Shown: in pieces, positions 24,073 through 37,614 of the stretch
Layout: each line of letters begins with the position of its first letter
How positions within the stretch are numbered: the stretch's first letter is position 1
Assembly: GCA_964016885.1 (NCBI GenBank)
Contig: OZ024761.1
Coordinates: 4,092,001 to 4,156,000 of the forward strand
DNA length: 64,000 nucleotides
DNA from: Eledone cirrhosa
Lineage: Eukaryota
Reading direction: 5' to 3'
Notes under the pieces: generated by a model
Databases searched by the model: none
What the model saw: the letters and a program-made list of their open reading frames with translations, nothing else
What the model was told of the DNA's origin: nothing
Translations under genes and position numbers: made by a program

Positions 24073-25006
24073 TGTGTGCGTGTGTGTGTGTGCGTGTGTG
24101 TGTGTGTGTGTGTATGTGTGTGGTGTGTGTGTGTGTGTATGTGTGTGGTGTGTGTGTGTGTGTATGTGTGTGGTGTGTGTGTGTGGTGTGTGTGTGTGTG
24201 TGTGTGTGACCAAGATTTATGAACCAAGACAGGAATAAGGTCTCTCTAAAAGCAACACAACTCTGGAGCAGAATTACATTTCTGAAATATAATATACTAG
24301 ATGAGGTACCCGGCTTTGCCTGGGAGGACAGTTCAGAGAAGATGGATAAAAGAGTGGTGGTGATGGTGGTAGTGGTGTGAGGATGATGATGATGATGATT
24401 GTGGTGATGGTGATGATACTGATCATGGTGATTGTGGTGATGATGGTGATTGTGGTGATGATGGTGATGGTGGTGATGGTGGTGATGGTGGTGGTGATGA
24501 TGCTGATGATGATGGCAGTGATGATGCTGATGATGGCAGTGATGATGCTGATGATGGTGAGGGTGATGATGATTATGATGGTGAAGGTGATGATGGCGTT
24601 GGTGGTGGTGATGGTGGTGATGATGATGGTGGTGGTGGTGATGGTGGTGGTGGTGGTGATGATGATGGTATTGGTGGTGGTGGTGATGATGGTGGTGGTG
24701 GTGGTGGTGATGATGGTGGTGATGGTGGTGGTGATGGTGATGGTAATGGTAATGGGAGTGGTGATGGGAGTGGTGATGGTGATGGTAGTGGTGATGGTGA
24801 TGGTGATGGTGATGGTAGTGATGATGGTGGTGGTGATGATGGTGGTGGTGGTGATGGTAGTGGTGATGGTGGTGGTAGTGGTGTTGATGATTTAACTCTT
24901 TCTTCCTGTGGAGTGACATCAGGAGTGAAGGAGAGATATTACAACCACTTGAGTTATATACAGTAGCAATCCTAGAACAATAACAGTAGTAGTGGTAGCA
25001 GTGGGG

Positions 25007-25057
<51 letters not shown>

Positions 25058-25070
25058 TCAGTAGTAGCAG
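22725..25070. repeat. Compound microsatellite block: (ACC/AAC)n, (GT)n, (GAT/GGT)n, (TAG)n
   Basis: Directly visible; the poly-Pro/Thr, poly-His and poly-Val ORFs are artefacts. Confidence 0.95.
24296..24325 (-). mobile_element. Possible Helitron 3' terminus
   Basis: Minus strand has the GC hairpin cccaggcaaagccggg, then 8 nt, then CTAG-T. Confidence 0.45.
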
Positions 25071-25137
25071 CAGCTAGCTCCTACTTTAGAATCATGATTA
25101 CAAAGTTGAACAAACTTAAAGACAAATAAATTATATA

Positions 25138-26900
25138 CCCCTATACTTAGCTTTTGTCGACTTGGAGAAAGCCTTCGACAGAGTCCCCCGTTCCATTATC
25201 TGGTGGTCTCTTAGAAAACTAGGTGTTGACGAATGGCTTGTGAGAGCTATACAAGCCATGTATAAAGAAACAGTCAGTAAGGTTAGAATTAACAACGAAT
25301 ATAGTGAAGAGTTTAGCGTAAAAGTTGGTGTCCATCAGGGCTCTGTACTTAGCCCCCTACTATTTATTATTGCCCTTCAGGCTATAACAGAGGAGTTCAA
25401 GACCGGCTGCCCATGGGAACTCCTATACGCAGATGATCTAACGCTCATAGCTGAATCAATGACCGAACTAGAGAAGAAATTCCAAACGTGGAAGCACGGC
25501 CTAGAATCAAAAGGCCTTAAAATTAACCTGGCTAAGACTAAAGTTCTAGTTTGTAGGAAAGAAAATAAGGCGGCGGTCCCATCGGGGAAATGGCCATGCT
25601 CAGTGTGTAGGAAAGGCGTAGGTAGAAACTCCATTTTATGTCCCAAATGCAAAGTATGGGTGCATAAAAGATGTAGTGGGATCACAGGTAAGCTAACTAA
25701 GAACATAGATTTTACATGTGGCCGGTGCTCTGGTGCAATAAGTAGCAGCAAGTGCCCACAAAATACTAGCTCCTTCAACTGCGCAGAGGGTTCTATAGAA
25801 ATAGTGGATAGCTTCCGTTATCTGGGTGACAAAATCAGCAGTGGGGGAGGGTGCTCTGAAAGTACAGTAGCTAGAGTCAGAACTGGATGGAAAAAGTTCA
25901 GAGAGCTTATACCACTATTAGCCGCTAGAGGGTTCTCCCTAAAAATGAAAGGCAGGTTATACGATGCCTGCATACGAACAGCAATGCTGCATGGCAGTGA
26001 GACCTGGGCATTGTGTGCAGAGGATATACGCAGACTAGAGAGGAACGAAGCTTGCATGCTCCGCTGGATGTGCAATAGTAATATACGTGAACGGCAAAGC
26101 ATAAACGAACTAAGGAAAAAATTAGAAATAAGAGGGATCAGATGTTGTTTACTCGAGAGAAGGCTACGTTGGTACGGTCACGTGATGCGCATGAAAGACG
26201 ACAGCTGTATAACAAAGTGCAGGGCAATAAAGATAGACGGTAGCCACGGAGTAGGCAGACCCAGAAAAACATGGGACGAGCTGATAATTTCCGACCTCAC
26301 ACGCTTACACCTCTCCAAGACAATGTCACTGGACCGAGACCTTTGGCGGTACTCAGTAATAGAGAAGACCCGCCTTACCTAAATACAAAGTAAAAACCTA
26401 CTACAGTCAGTAGGCACCTCTATCAAAACACACCCCCGTCCCACCACCTCCACCTCCACCCCACCCACACCGCCCCTTTCAATGTAAAGTTATGTTGGCC
26501 CCACAACATCCAGGCCGAAACAAATGAGATCGTGTAGGTGTCACGACAAAAAACACACAGTCCACGCTGTAAATGTGGCCGTGTAGGCAACACGGTAAAA
26601 ACCTCCCAGCCCCACACTGTAAATGTGGTTGGTGTTAGGAAGGGCATCCAGCTGTAGAAAACCCGCCAGACAGTCCACGCTGTAATGTGGCCGTGTAGGC
26701 AACACGGTAAAAACCTCCCAGCCCCACACTGTAAATGTGGTTGGTGTTAGGAAGGGCATCCAACTGTAGAAAACCCGCCAGACAGTCCTATGCGAGCAAG
26801 ACAACCACTCTTGCCTCAAGTGGGAAAACCCCCGTCCAAACCCATGCAAGCGTGGAACACGGACGCTAAACCTGATGATGATGATGATGATGATGATGAT
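25138..26900 (+). mobile_element. 5'-truncated RTE LINE (family A): RT with a Cys/His-finger insertion, 3' UTR with an internal duplication, (GAT)n tail
   Basis: Open frame to 26382 with AFVDLEKAFD, GVHQGSVLSPLLF, YADD, FRYLG, RRLRWYGHV and GRPRKTW. Confidence 0.95.
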
Positions 26901-29900
26901 CTCTATGTTACTCAGAACTTAATGATAAGGACCCCCAGTCCTATCATCACCTCTCTATGTTACCCAGAACTTAATGATAAGGGCCTCCAGTCCTATCATC
27001 ACCTCTCTATGTTACTCAGAACTTAATGATAAGGCCCCCCAGTCCTATCATCACCTCTCTATGTTACCCAGAACTTAATGATAAGGGCCTCCAGTCCTAT
27101 CATCACCTCTCTATGTTACTCAGAACTTAATGATAAGGACCCCCAGTCCTATCATCACCTCTCTATGTTACTCAGAACTTAATGATAAGGGCCTCCAGTC
27201 CTATCATCACCTCTCTATGTTACCCAGAACTTAATGATAAGGGCCTCCAGTCCTATCATCACCTCTCTATGTTACTCAGAACTTAATGATAAGGCCCCCC
27301 AGTCCTATCATCACCTCTCTATGTTACCCAGAACTTAATGATAAGGGCCTCCAGTCCTATCATCACCTCTCTATGTTACCCAGAACTTAATGATAAGGGC
27401 CTCCAGTCCTATCATCACCTCTCTATGTTACCCAGAACTTAATGATAAGGGCCTCCAGTCCTATCATCACCTCTCTATGTTACCCAGAACTTAATGATAA
27501 GGACCCCCAGTTCTATCATCACCTCTCTATGTTACCCAGAACTTAATGATAAGGGCCTCCAGTCCTATCATCACCTCTCTATGTTACTCAGAACTTAATG
27601 ATAAGGACCTCCAGTCCTATCATCACCTCTCTATGTTACTCAGAACTTAATGATAAGGGCCTCCAGTCCTATCATCACCTCTCTATGTTACCCAGAACTT
27701 AATGATAAGGGCTCCCAGTCCTATCATCACCTCTCTATGTTACCCAGAACTTAATGATAAGGGCCTCCAGTCCTATCATCACCTCTCTAAGTTACCCAGA
27801 ACTTAATGATAAGGGCCTCCAGTCCTATCATCACCTCTCTATGTTACCCAGAACTTAATGATAAGGGCCTCCAGTCCTATCATCACCTCTCTATGTTACC
27901 CAGAACTTAATGATAAGGGCCCCCAGTCCTATCATCACCTCTCTATGTTACCCAGAACTTAATGATAAGGGCTCCCAGTCCTATCATCACCTCTCTATGT
28001 TACCCAGAACTTAATGATAAGGGCCTCCAGTCCTATCATCACCTCTCTATGTTACCCAGAACTTAATGATAAGGGCCTCCAGTCCTATCATCACCTCTCT
28101 ATGTTACCCAGAACTTAATGATAAGGGCCTCCAGTCCTATCATCACCTCTCTATGTTACCCAGAACTTAATGATAAGGGCCTCCAGTCCTATCATCACCT
28201 CTCTATGTTACCCAGAACTTAATGATAAGGACCCCCAGTCCTATCATCACCTCTCTATGTTACTCAGAACTTAATGATAAGGCCCCCCAGTCCTATCATC
28301 ACCTCTCTATGTTACCCAGAACTTAATGATAAGGACCCCCAGTCCTATCATCACCTCTCTATGTTACCCAGAACTTAATGATAAGGACCCCCAGTTCTAT
28401 CATCACCTCTCTATGTTACCCTGAACTTAATGATAAGGGCCTCCAGTCCTATCATCACCTCTCTATGTTACCCAGAACTTAATGATAAGGACCTCCAGTC
28501 CTATCATCACCTCTCTATGTTACCCAGAACTTAATGATAAGGGCCTCCAGTCCTATCATCACCTCTCTATGTTACCCAGAACTTAATGATAAGGGCCTCC
28601 AGTCCTATCATCACCTCTCTATGTTACTCAGAACTTAATGATAAGGGCCTCCAGTCCTATCATCACCTCCCTATGTTACCCAGAACTTAATGATAAGGCC
28701 CTCCAGTCCTATCATCACCTCTCTATGTTACCCAGAACTTAATGATAAGGGCCTCCAGTCCTATCATCACCTCTCTATGTTACCCAGAACTTAATGATAA
28801 GGGCCCCCAGTCCTATCATCACCTCTCTATGTTACCCAGAACTTAATGATAAGGGCCCCCAGTCCTATCATCACCTCTCTATGTTACCCAGAACTTAATG
28901 ATAAGGGCTCCCAGTCCTATCATCACCTCTCTATGTTACCCAGAACTTAATGATAAGGGCCTCCAGTCCTATCATCACCTCTCTATGTTACCCAGAACTT
29001 AATGATAAGGGCCTCCAGTCCTATCATCACCTCTCTATGTTACCCAGAACTTAATGATAAGGGCCTCCAGTCCTATCATCACCTCTCTATGTTACCCAGA
29101 ACTTAATGATAAGGGCCTCCAGTCCTATCATCACCTCTCTATGTTACCCAGAACTTAATGATAAGGGCCTCCAGTCCTATCATCACCTCTCTATGTTACC
29201 CAGAACTTAATGATAAGGGCCTCCAGTCCTATCATCACCTCTCTATGTTACCCAGAACTTAATGATAAGGACCCCCAGTCCTATCATCACCTCTCTATGT
29301 TACTCAGAACTTAATGCTAAGGCCCCCCAGTCCTATCATCACCTCTCTATGTTACCCAGAACTTAATGATAAGGACCCCCAGTCCTATCATCACCTCTCT
29401 ATGTTACCCAGAACTTAATGATAAGGACCCCCAGTTCTATCATCACCTCTCTATGTTACCCAGAACTTAATGATAAGGGCCTCCAGTCCTATCATCACCT
29501 CTCTATGTTACCCAGAACTTAATGATAAGGACCTCCAGTCCTATCATCACCTCTCTATGTTACCCAGAACTTAATGATAAGGGCCTCCAGTCCTATCATC
29601 ACCTCTCTATGTTACCCAGAACTTAATGATAAGGGCCTCCAGTCTTATCATCACCTCTCTATGTTACTCAGAACTTAATGATAAGGGCCTCCAGTCCTAT
29701 CATCACCTCTCTATGTTACCCAGAACTTAATGATAAGGCCCTCCAGTCCTATCATCACCTCTCTATGTTACCCAGAACTTAATGATAAGGGCCTCCAGTC
29801 CTATCATCACCTCTCTATGTTACCCAGAACTTAATGATAAGGGCCCCCAGTCCTATCATCACCTCTCTATGTTACCCAGAACTTAATGATAAGGGCCCCC

Positions 29901-31441
29901 AGTCCTATCATCACCTCTCTATGTTACCCAGAACTTAATGATAAGGGCTCCCAGTCCTATCATCACCTCTCTATGTTACCCAGAACTTAATGATAAGGGC
30001 CTCCAGTCCTATCATCACCTCTCTATGTTACCCAGAACTTAATGATAAGGGCCTCCAGTCCTATCATCACCTCTCTATGTTACCCAGAACTTAATGATAA
30101 GGGCTCCCAGTCCTATCATCACCTCTCTATGTTACCCAGAACTTAATGATAAGGACCCCCAGTCCTATCATCACCTCTCTATGTTACCCAGAACTTAATG
30201 ATAAGGACCTCCAGTCCTATCATCACCTCTCTATGTTACCCAGAACTTAATGATAAGGCCCCCCAGTCCTATCATCACCTCTCTATGTTACCCAGAACTT
30301 AATGATAAGGACCTCCAGTCCTATCATCACCTCTCTATGTTACCCAGAACTTAATGATAAGGCCCTCCAGTCCTATCATCACCTCTCTATGTTACCCAGA
30401 ACTTAATGATAAGGGCTCCCAGTCCTATCATCACCTCTCTATGTTACCCAGAACTTAATGATAAGGGCCTCCAGTCCTATCATCACCTCTCTATGTTACC
30501 CAGAACTTAATGATAAGGGCCCCCAGTCCTATCATCACCTCTCTATGTTACCCAGAACTTAATGATAAGGGCCCCCAGTCCTATCATCACCTCTCTATGT
30601 TACCCAGAACTTAATGATAAGGGCCCCCAGTCCTATCATCACCTCTCTATGTTACCCAGAACTTAATGATAAGGGCTCCCAGTCCTATCATCACCTCTCT
30701 ATGTTACCCAGAACTTAATGATAAGGGCTCCCAGTCCTATCATCACCTCTCTATGTTACCCAGAACTTAATGATAAGGGCTCCCAGTCCTATCATCACCT
30801 CTCTATGTTACCCAGAACTTAATGATAAGGACCTCCAGTCCTATCATCACCTCTCTATGTTACCCAGAACTTAATGATAAGGACCTCCAGTCCTATCATC
30901 ACCTCTCTATGTTACTCAGAACTTAATGATAAGGGCCTCCAGTCCTATCATCACCTCTCTATGTTACCCAGAACTTAATGATAAGGACCTCCAGTCCTAT
31001 CATCACCTCTCTATGTTACTCAGAACTTAATGATAAGGGCCTCCAGTCCTATCATCACCTCTCTATGTTACCCAGAACTTAATGATAAGGACCCCCAGTC
31101 CTATCATCACCTCTCTATGTTACCCAGAACTTAATGATAAGGACCCCCAGTCCTATCATCACCTCTCTATGTTACCCAGAACTTAATGATAAGGACCTCC
31201 AGTCCTATCATCACCTCTCTATGTTACCCAGAACTTAATGATAAGGACCTCCAGTCCTATCATCACCTCTCTATGTTACTCAGAACTTAATGATAAGGGC
31301 CTCCAGTCCTATCATCACCTCTCTATGTTACCCAGAACTTAATGATAAGGACCCCCAGTCCTATCATCACCTCTCTATGTTACCCAGAACTTAATGATAA
31401 GGGCCTCCAGTCCTATCATCACCTCTCTATGTTACCCAGAA
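26900..31441. repeat. 52-bp satellite (cagaacttaatgataagggcctccagtcctatcatcacctctctatgttacc), about 87 units
   Basis: Directly visible and highly homogeneous. Confidence 0.98.
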
Positions 31442-31906
31442 GAACAGAAAGCATCATTTGATCCTAGGGATGGTAAACAGACACTGTCTATGTTAACACT
31501 CTCTCCAAATCTCCTTTTGTCTCTCTCTCTCACTCACACTCCACCTCCTTTCTTCCCTCCCACTCCACCTCACTGTGTCTCTCTCACCCTCTCTCTATCA
31601 CCAACAGTCTTATCTTACCCAACCACATGGGGGGGGGGGGTGAGATTCTAGTTTTGTAAACTGAACAAAACTTATAAGAAATAAGGTTAGGTTTCATTGA
31701 AAACAAAACTGACACCATTGCTAACACCCCACTCCCACACCATATATATATATACACCCCACTCCCACACCATATATATATACACACACACACACATACA
31801 TATAGTGTCACATGCATACAGTCAGATGTTACTATTCTACTCCCCAGCCCCATAAAGATGCAAAACAAAAAAGTTAACGTAAAATGATGATTATACACAC
31901 ACACAC

Positions 31907-31950
<44 letters not shown>

Positions 31951-32067
31951 TAATTTAATATATCTACTAACATAAGCGCACAGATGTACGCTAATGCCAG
32001 CAAATACACAGGTTATGTCATAGTACCTAGGTGGTTCAATGCAGGAGAATGCAGAACAATAATATAA

Positions 32068-32181
32068 AAGACGTAAAATAAGAAAATTTCTTAAAAAAAT
32101 TTTTTCAAAAAAATTAACTTACTTAAATTTTTTTTAATTTTTTTGAAAAAATTTTTTTAAAGAAATTATCTTATTTTACGT

Positions 32182-32184
<3 letters not shown>
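32068..32184. repeat. AT-rich inverted repeat
   Basis: aagacgtaaaataaga...tcttattttacgtctt. Confidence 0.75.
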
Positions 32185-32236
<52 letters not shown>

Positions 32237-32397
32237 AAATGTATGTATGTATATAATGTAGTCAAGGTTTGGTAGAAGAAATATCCAGGGGTAAGAGCAC
32301 TTATGACAGGCTAAATAAGTTAGGGTCCAGATCCCAACAAAACCTAAATACCTGTTTATGGCACTGTTGTAATTATTTCTGTGTATGTATATACACA

Positions 32398-32447
<50 letters not shown>

Positions 32448-32475
32448 TGTATATATATATATATATATATATATA

Positions 32476-32511
<36 letters not shown>

Positions 32512-32571
32512 TGTATATATATATATATACAGTATATATACTGTATATATATATATATACTGTATATATAT

Positions 32572-32875
32572 CATCATCATCAGGTTTAGCGTCCGTGTTC
32601 CACGCTTGCATGGGTTTGGACGGGGGTTTTCCCACTTGAGGCAAGAGTGGTTGTCTTGCTTGCATAGGACTGTCTGGCGGGTTTTCTACAGTTGGATGCC
32701 CTTCCTAACACCAACCACATTTACAGTGTGGGGCTGGGAGGTTTTTACCGTGTTGCCTACACGGCCACATTTACAGCGTGGACTGTATGTTTTTTGTCGT
32801 GACACCTACACGATCTCATTTGTTTCGGCCTGGATGTTGTGGGACCAACATAACTTTACATTGAAAGGGGCGGTC
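32572..32875 (-). mobile_element. RTE family A 3' UTR fragment
   Basis: Reverse complement of about 26470-26890, without the internal duplication. Confidence 0.9.
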
Positions 32876-33522
32876 TGTATATATATATATATATATATAC
32901 TGTATATATATATATATATATATACTGTATATATATATATATACAGTATATATATACAGTATATATATACAGTATATATACAGTATATATATATATATAT
33001 ATATATAAAAGTATTTATTAATGAATAATTTGCTCGACATGTAATTATTTTTAACGCAATAGGATTTTTTACAAACGCTTGTTTGTAAAACAAGTGTTCT
33101 CTTTTAAAAGAAGTATGATACAGTATGTGTAGTTTATTATGATAAATTACCCTAGTTTGAGCTGTTTTGACTTCTCCACCTACTTCTTTCCAGTTTGTTT
33201 GTCTACCAGCATATCATGTGAAAATTATACATCTTGTATGTATTTGTCCGAAGAGGACATGTTTTGCTTTATGTTATGCATAAAACTTTACATCTTTGAA
33301 ATATATATAATGAAATAAATAGAGATGCAGTATATATCTTTCGTTTATTACTATATATATATATATAGGAACCAGTAAGACCCCGACAGCTGAGCTCAAG
33401 CCGTTTCGACGGCTAATTCTATTACCCACTCTACTACCCCAAGTATTGAGTACTTTGGTGCGTTATGGTCCACCTGGTTCCTTACCACATTTCCTTCGTT
33501 ATATATATATATATATATATCT

Positions 33523-34321
33523 ATCATCATCATCATCATCATCATCATCATTTTACGTCCGCTTTTCCCTGCTTGCAAGGGTGGGACAGGTCTTATGCAG
33601 CACAGCATCTCTCCACTCGTCACGGTCCCTCGTCATCTCCACCGTGAGCTTCAATGATCTGAGGTCTGTTCTCACCACCTCCGCCCATGTTTTTCGTGGT
33701 CTACCTCTACCACGTCTTCCTTCAACTGGCATTTCCTGGCACTTCTTCACCCATCGGTCATCCTCCATGCGCGTCACATGTCCATACCACCTCAGTCTCC
33801 TCTCCCGTACACTACATTCTATCCCTCTCAGACACAGTTTCTCTCTCAACACATTTATGCTGGGTCGTTCACGCACATTTACACTGCACATCCAACGGAG
33901 CATGCTTGCCTCATTTCTCTCCAGCCGTCGCATATCTTCTGCAGTAGCTGCCCATGTCTCACTACCATGCAGCATCGCGCTCCTCACACAGGCATCATAC
34001 AACCGGCCTTTCGTACGCAGGGAGAAACCCTTCTTCGTCAACAGAGGAAGCAGCTCCCTAAACTTCTTCCAACCCGTCCTTATTCTAGATACTATGGCCT
34101 CGGAACACCCTCCTCCCATGCTAATCTGATCTCCTAGGTACCGGAAGCTATCCACCACTTCTATAGCGCCCTCTCGCATTTGAAAAATGTGTCTATCAAT
34201 GCGACTTCTACTGTCTAATTTCCCTGTACATCTACTGCATACATATTTCTCCCTACCTGATAGTTTGCCTGCTATCCCGCTACATCTCTTGTGTACCCAG
34301 GACCTACATTGTGTGCATTTT
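33523..34321 (-). mobile_element. RTE LINE 3' fragment (family C) with essentially no 3' UTR
   Basis: ORF 33553-34410 has SIKCTQCRSWVHKRC...RLRWYGHV...GRPRKTWAEVV; the stop lies just before (GAT)n. Confidence 0.92.
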
Positions 34322-34459
34322 ATAGAATTTATATATATAAATATATATATATATATAAATATATATATATATAAAAGGAAGTCACAGTAGAGGAAGACCA
34401 CAAAAAACATGAGCGGAGGTGGTGAGGGCAGACCTAAAATCGCTGAAACTATATATTTA

Positions 34460-34800
34460 TGGGGGCACGTGGCTTAGTGGTTAGAGCATTGGCCTTGTAA
34501 TGGAAAGGTTGTGATTTCAATTCTCAGACCGGGTGATGTGTTGTTTCCTTGAGCAAGACACTTTATTTCACATTGCTCCAGTTTACTCAGCTCTAGAAGT
34601 GAGATGATAGGGACTGGGGTCCCTATCATTCCACTGCAAAGTGGACCTGGAGGTGCCACGGCAAAAAAGCACCCAGCACTCACTGTAAATGAGGTTGGTG
34701 TTAGGAAGGGCATCCAGCTGTAGAAATCAAGCCAGAATCACTTCCAGTCCCACCCTTGCAAGCAGGGAAAAGCGGACGTAAAATGATGATGATGATGATG
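34460..34800 (+). mobile_element. tRNA-derived SINE, family-C tail variant
   Basis: Near-identical to 3083-3428. Confidence 0.9.
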
Positions 34801-34826
34801 ATATAAGGCAGACCTCAGATCGCTGA

Positions 34827-34946
<120 letters not shown>

Positions 34947-34967
34947 CAAACCTCAGATCACTGAAAC

Positions 34968-35000
<33 letters not shown>

Positions 35001-35095
35001 GTATATATATATATATATATATATAAGTAAAAGGAAAAACTTGAACCGTAAAGATCTTCTTCCTGGATATGTCAATATTTATAAAACAAACTTTG

Positions 35096-35154
35096 TATTT
35101 TATCTGATGAGAGTGTACCAAAGTTTTGGTACCCTTGAAATATATAATAGAATA
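35096..35154 (+). ncRNA. Type I hammerhead ribozyme motif, family 1, second copy
   Basis: tattttat-CTGATGA-gagtgtacca(aagttt)tggtaccctt-GAAA-tata-TA-atagaata, inside the (TA)n-flanked element 35026-35196. Confidence 0.8.
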
Positions 35155-35191
35155 AATATGGTTTTGTAAATATAGTTTCCATTTATTTAAT

Positions 35192-35253
<62 letters not shown>

Positions 35254-35422
35254 TATGTATATATATATATATATATAGATATGTATTGTTTTTTGGCGGT
35301 AATCTCCTTCCTCTTATTTTTGAGACAGTGTGAGATTTTCTTTAGAACTGCTGGACTAACAACCTAGCACCTCCCTCAGGCACTGATGGTGATTATCGCT
35401 AAATATTGATGTTGATTTGGTT

Positions 35423-35759
35423 ATCATCATTTCATTTTACGTCCGCTTTTTCCCTGCTTGCAAGGGTGGGACGGGAACTGATTCTGGCTTGATTTCTCCA
35501 GCTGGATGCCCTTCCTAACACCAACCTCATTTACAGTGAGTGCTGGGTGCTTTTTTGCCGTGGCACCACCACGACCACTTTGCAGTGGAATGATAGGGAC
35601 CCCAGTCCCTATCACCTCATTTCTACAGCTGAGTAAACTGGAGCAATGTGAAATAAAGTGTTTTGCTCAAGGAAACAACACATCACCCGGTCTGAGAATT
35701 GAACTCACAACCTTTCTATTGCAAGGCCAATGCTCTAACCACTAAGCCATGTGCCTCCA
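35423..35759 (-). mobile_element. tRNA-derived SINE, family-C tail variant
   Basis: Reverse complement of 3083-3428. Confidence 0.9.
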
Positions 35760-35777
35760 TATTAATATTATTGGGCA

Positions 35778-35900
35778 CCCACTGAAGAATTATAAGAGCC
35801 CACTTGAATAAGTATCTGTTGATCTTATACAAGCTTCTACATAAATTGGTATAATTTCACCCAACTTGTAGAAATCTTATAGTGAAACGAGACGTCTGGG
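35778..35900 (+). ncRNA. Hammerhead ribozyme motif with a long, branched stem II (family 4)
   Basis: ccca-CTGAAGA-attataaga[77 nt, two hairpins]tcttatagt-GAAA-cg(aga)cg-TC-tggg. Confidence 0.72.
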
Positions 35901-36105
35901 AAGAGATATATTTGATATATCTCATATGAAATGATACAGCCAATTTTCCACACAATACAATTAGTTAACACCCCGAAAGTTTAATTAAGAATATACTCAG
36001 GTATTTCCTAATGTTTGTTGAGTGAGTTGGAATTTGGCCGGAGTATCGCTATTAGCTTTCTCCGATTATGTATTTATATATATATATAAATACATAATCG
36101 GAGAA

Positions 36106-37614
36106 AGCATGTATAAAGAAACAGTCAGTAAGGTTAGAATTAACAACGAACATAGTGAAGAGTTTAGCGTAAAAGTTGGCGTCCATCAGGGCTCTGTTCT
36201 CAGCCCCCTACTATTTATTATTGCCCTTCAGGCTATAACAGAGGAGTTCAAGACCGGCTGCCCTTGGGAACTCCTATACGCAGACGACCTGACACTCATA
36301 GCTGAATCAATGGCCGAGCTAGAGAAGAAATTCCAAACATGGAAGCACGGCCTAGAATCAAAAGGACTTAAAATTAACCTGGCTAAGACTAAAGTTCTAG
36401 TTTGTAGGAAAGAAAATAAAGCGGCGGTCCCTTCTGGGAAATGGCCATGCTCAGTGTGTAGGAAAGGCGTAGGTAGAAACTCCATTTTATGTCCCAAATG
36501 CAAAGTATGGGTGCATAAAAGATGTAGTGGGATCACAGGTAAGCTAACTAAGAACATAGATTTTACATGTGGCCGGTGCTCTGGTGCAATAAGTAGCAGC
36601 AAGTGCCCACAAAATACTAGCTCCTACAACTGCGCAGAGGGCTCTATAGAAATAGTGGACAGCTTCCGTTACCTGGGTGACAAAATCAGCAGTGGGGGAG
36701 GGTGCTCAGAAAGTACAGTAGCTAGAGTCAGAACTGGATGGAAAAAGTTCAGAGAGCTTATACCACTATTAGCTGCTAAAGAAGGGTTCTCCCTAAAAAT
36801 GAAAGGCAGGTTGTATGATGCCTGCATACGAACAGCAATGTTGCATGGCAGTGAGACCTGGGCATTGTGTGCAGAGGATATACGCAGACTAGAGAGGAAC
36901 GAAGCTTGCATGCTCCGCTGGATGTGTAACAGTAATATACGTGAACGGCATAAACGAACTAAGGAAAAAATTAGAAATAAGAGGGATCAGATGTTGTTTA
37001 CTCGAGAGAAGGCTACGTTGGTATGGACACGTGATGCGCATGAAAGTCGATAGCTGTATAACAAAGTGCAGGGCAATAAAGATAGACGGTAGCCACGGAG
37101 TAGGCAGACCTAGAAAAACCTGGGACGAGCTGATAAACTCCGACCTCACACACTTACACCTCTCCAAGACAATGTCGGACCGAGACCTTTGGCGGTACTC
37201 AGTAACAGAGAAGACCCGCCTTACCTAAATACATAGTAAAACCTACCACAGCCAGTAGGCATCTCTAACAAAATACACCCCGTCCCACCACCCCCACCCC
37301 ATCCACACCACCCCCTTCTATGTAAAGTTGTGTCGGTGCCACGCCATCCAGGCCGAAACAAATGAGATCGTGTAGGTGTCACGACAAATACACACACACT
37401 CCACGCTGTAATGTGGCCGTGTAGGCAACACGGTAAAAACCTCCCAGACCCACACTGTAAATGTGGTTGGTGTTAGGAAGGGCATCCAACTGTAGAAAAC
37501 CTGCCAGACAGTCCTATGCGAGCAAGACAATCACTCTTGCCTCAAGTGGGAATACCCCCGTCCAAACCCATGCAAGTGTGGAACACGGACGTTAAACGTT
37601 GATGATGATGATGA

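Noticed and set aside
24210-24281. Minus-strand exon candidate after tatttcag
   Set aside because: No good donor and no Mondo similarity
22947-24919. Poly-Pro/Thr, poly-His and poly-Val ORFs
   Set aside because: Microsatellite artefacts
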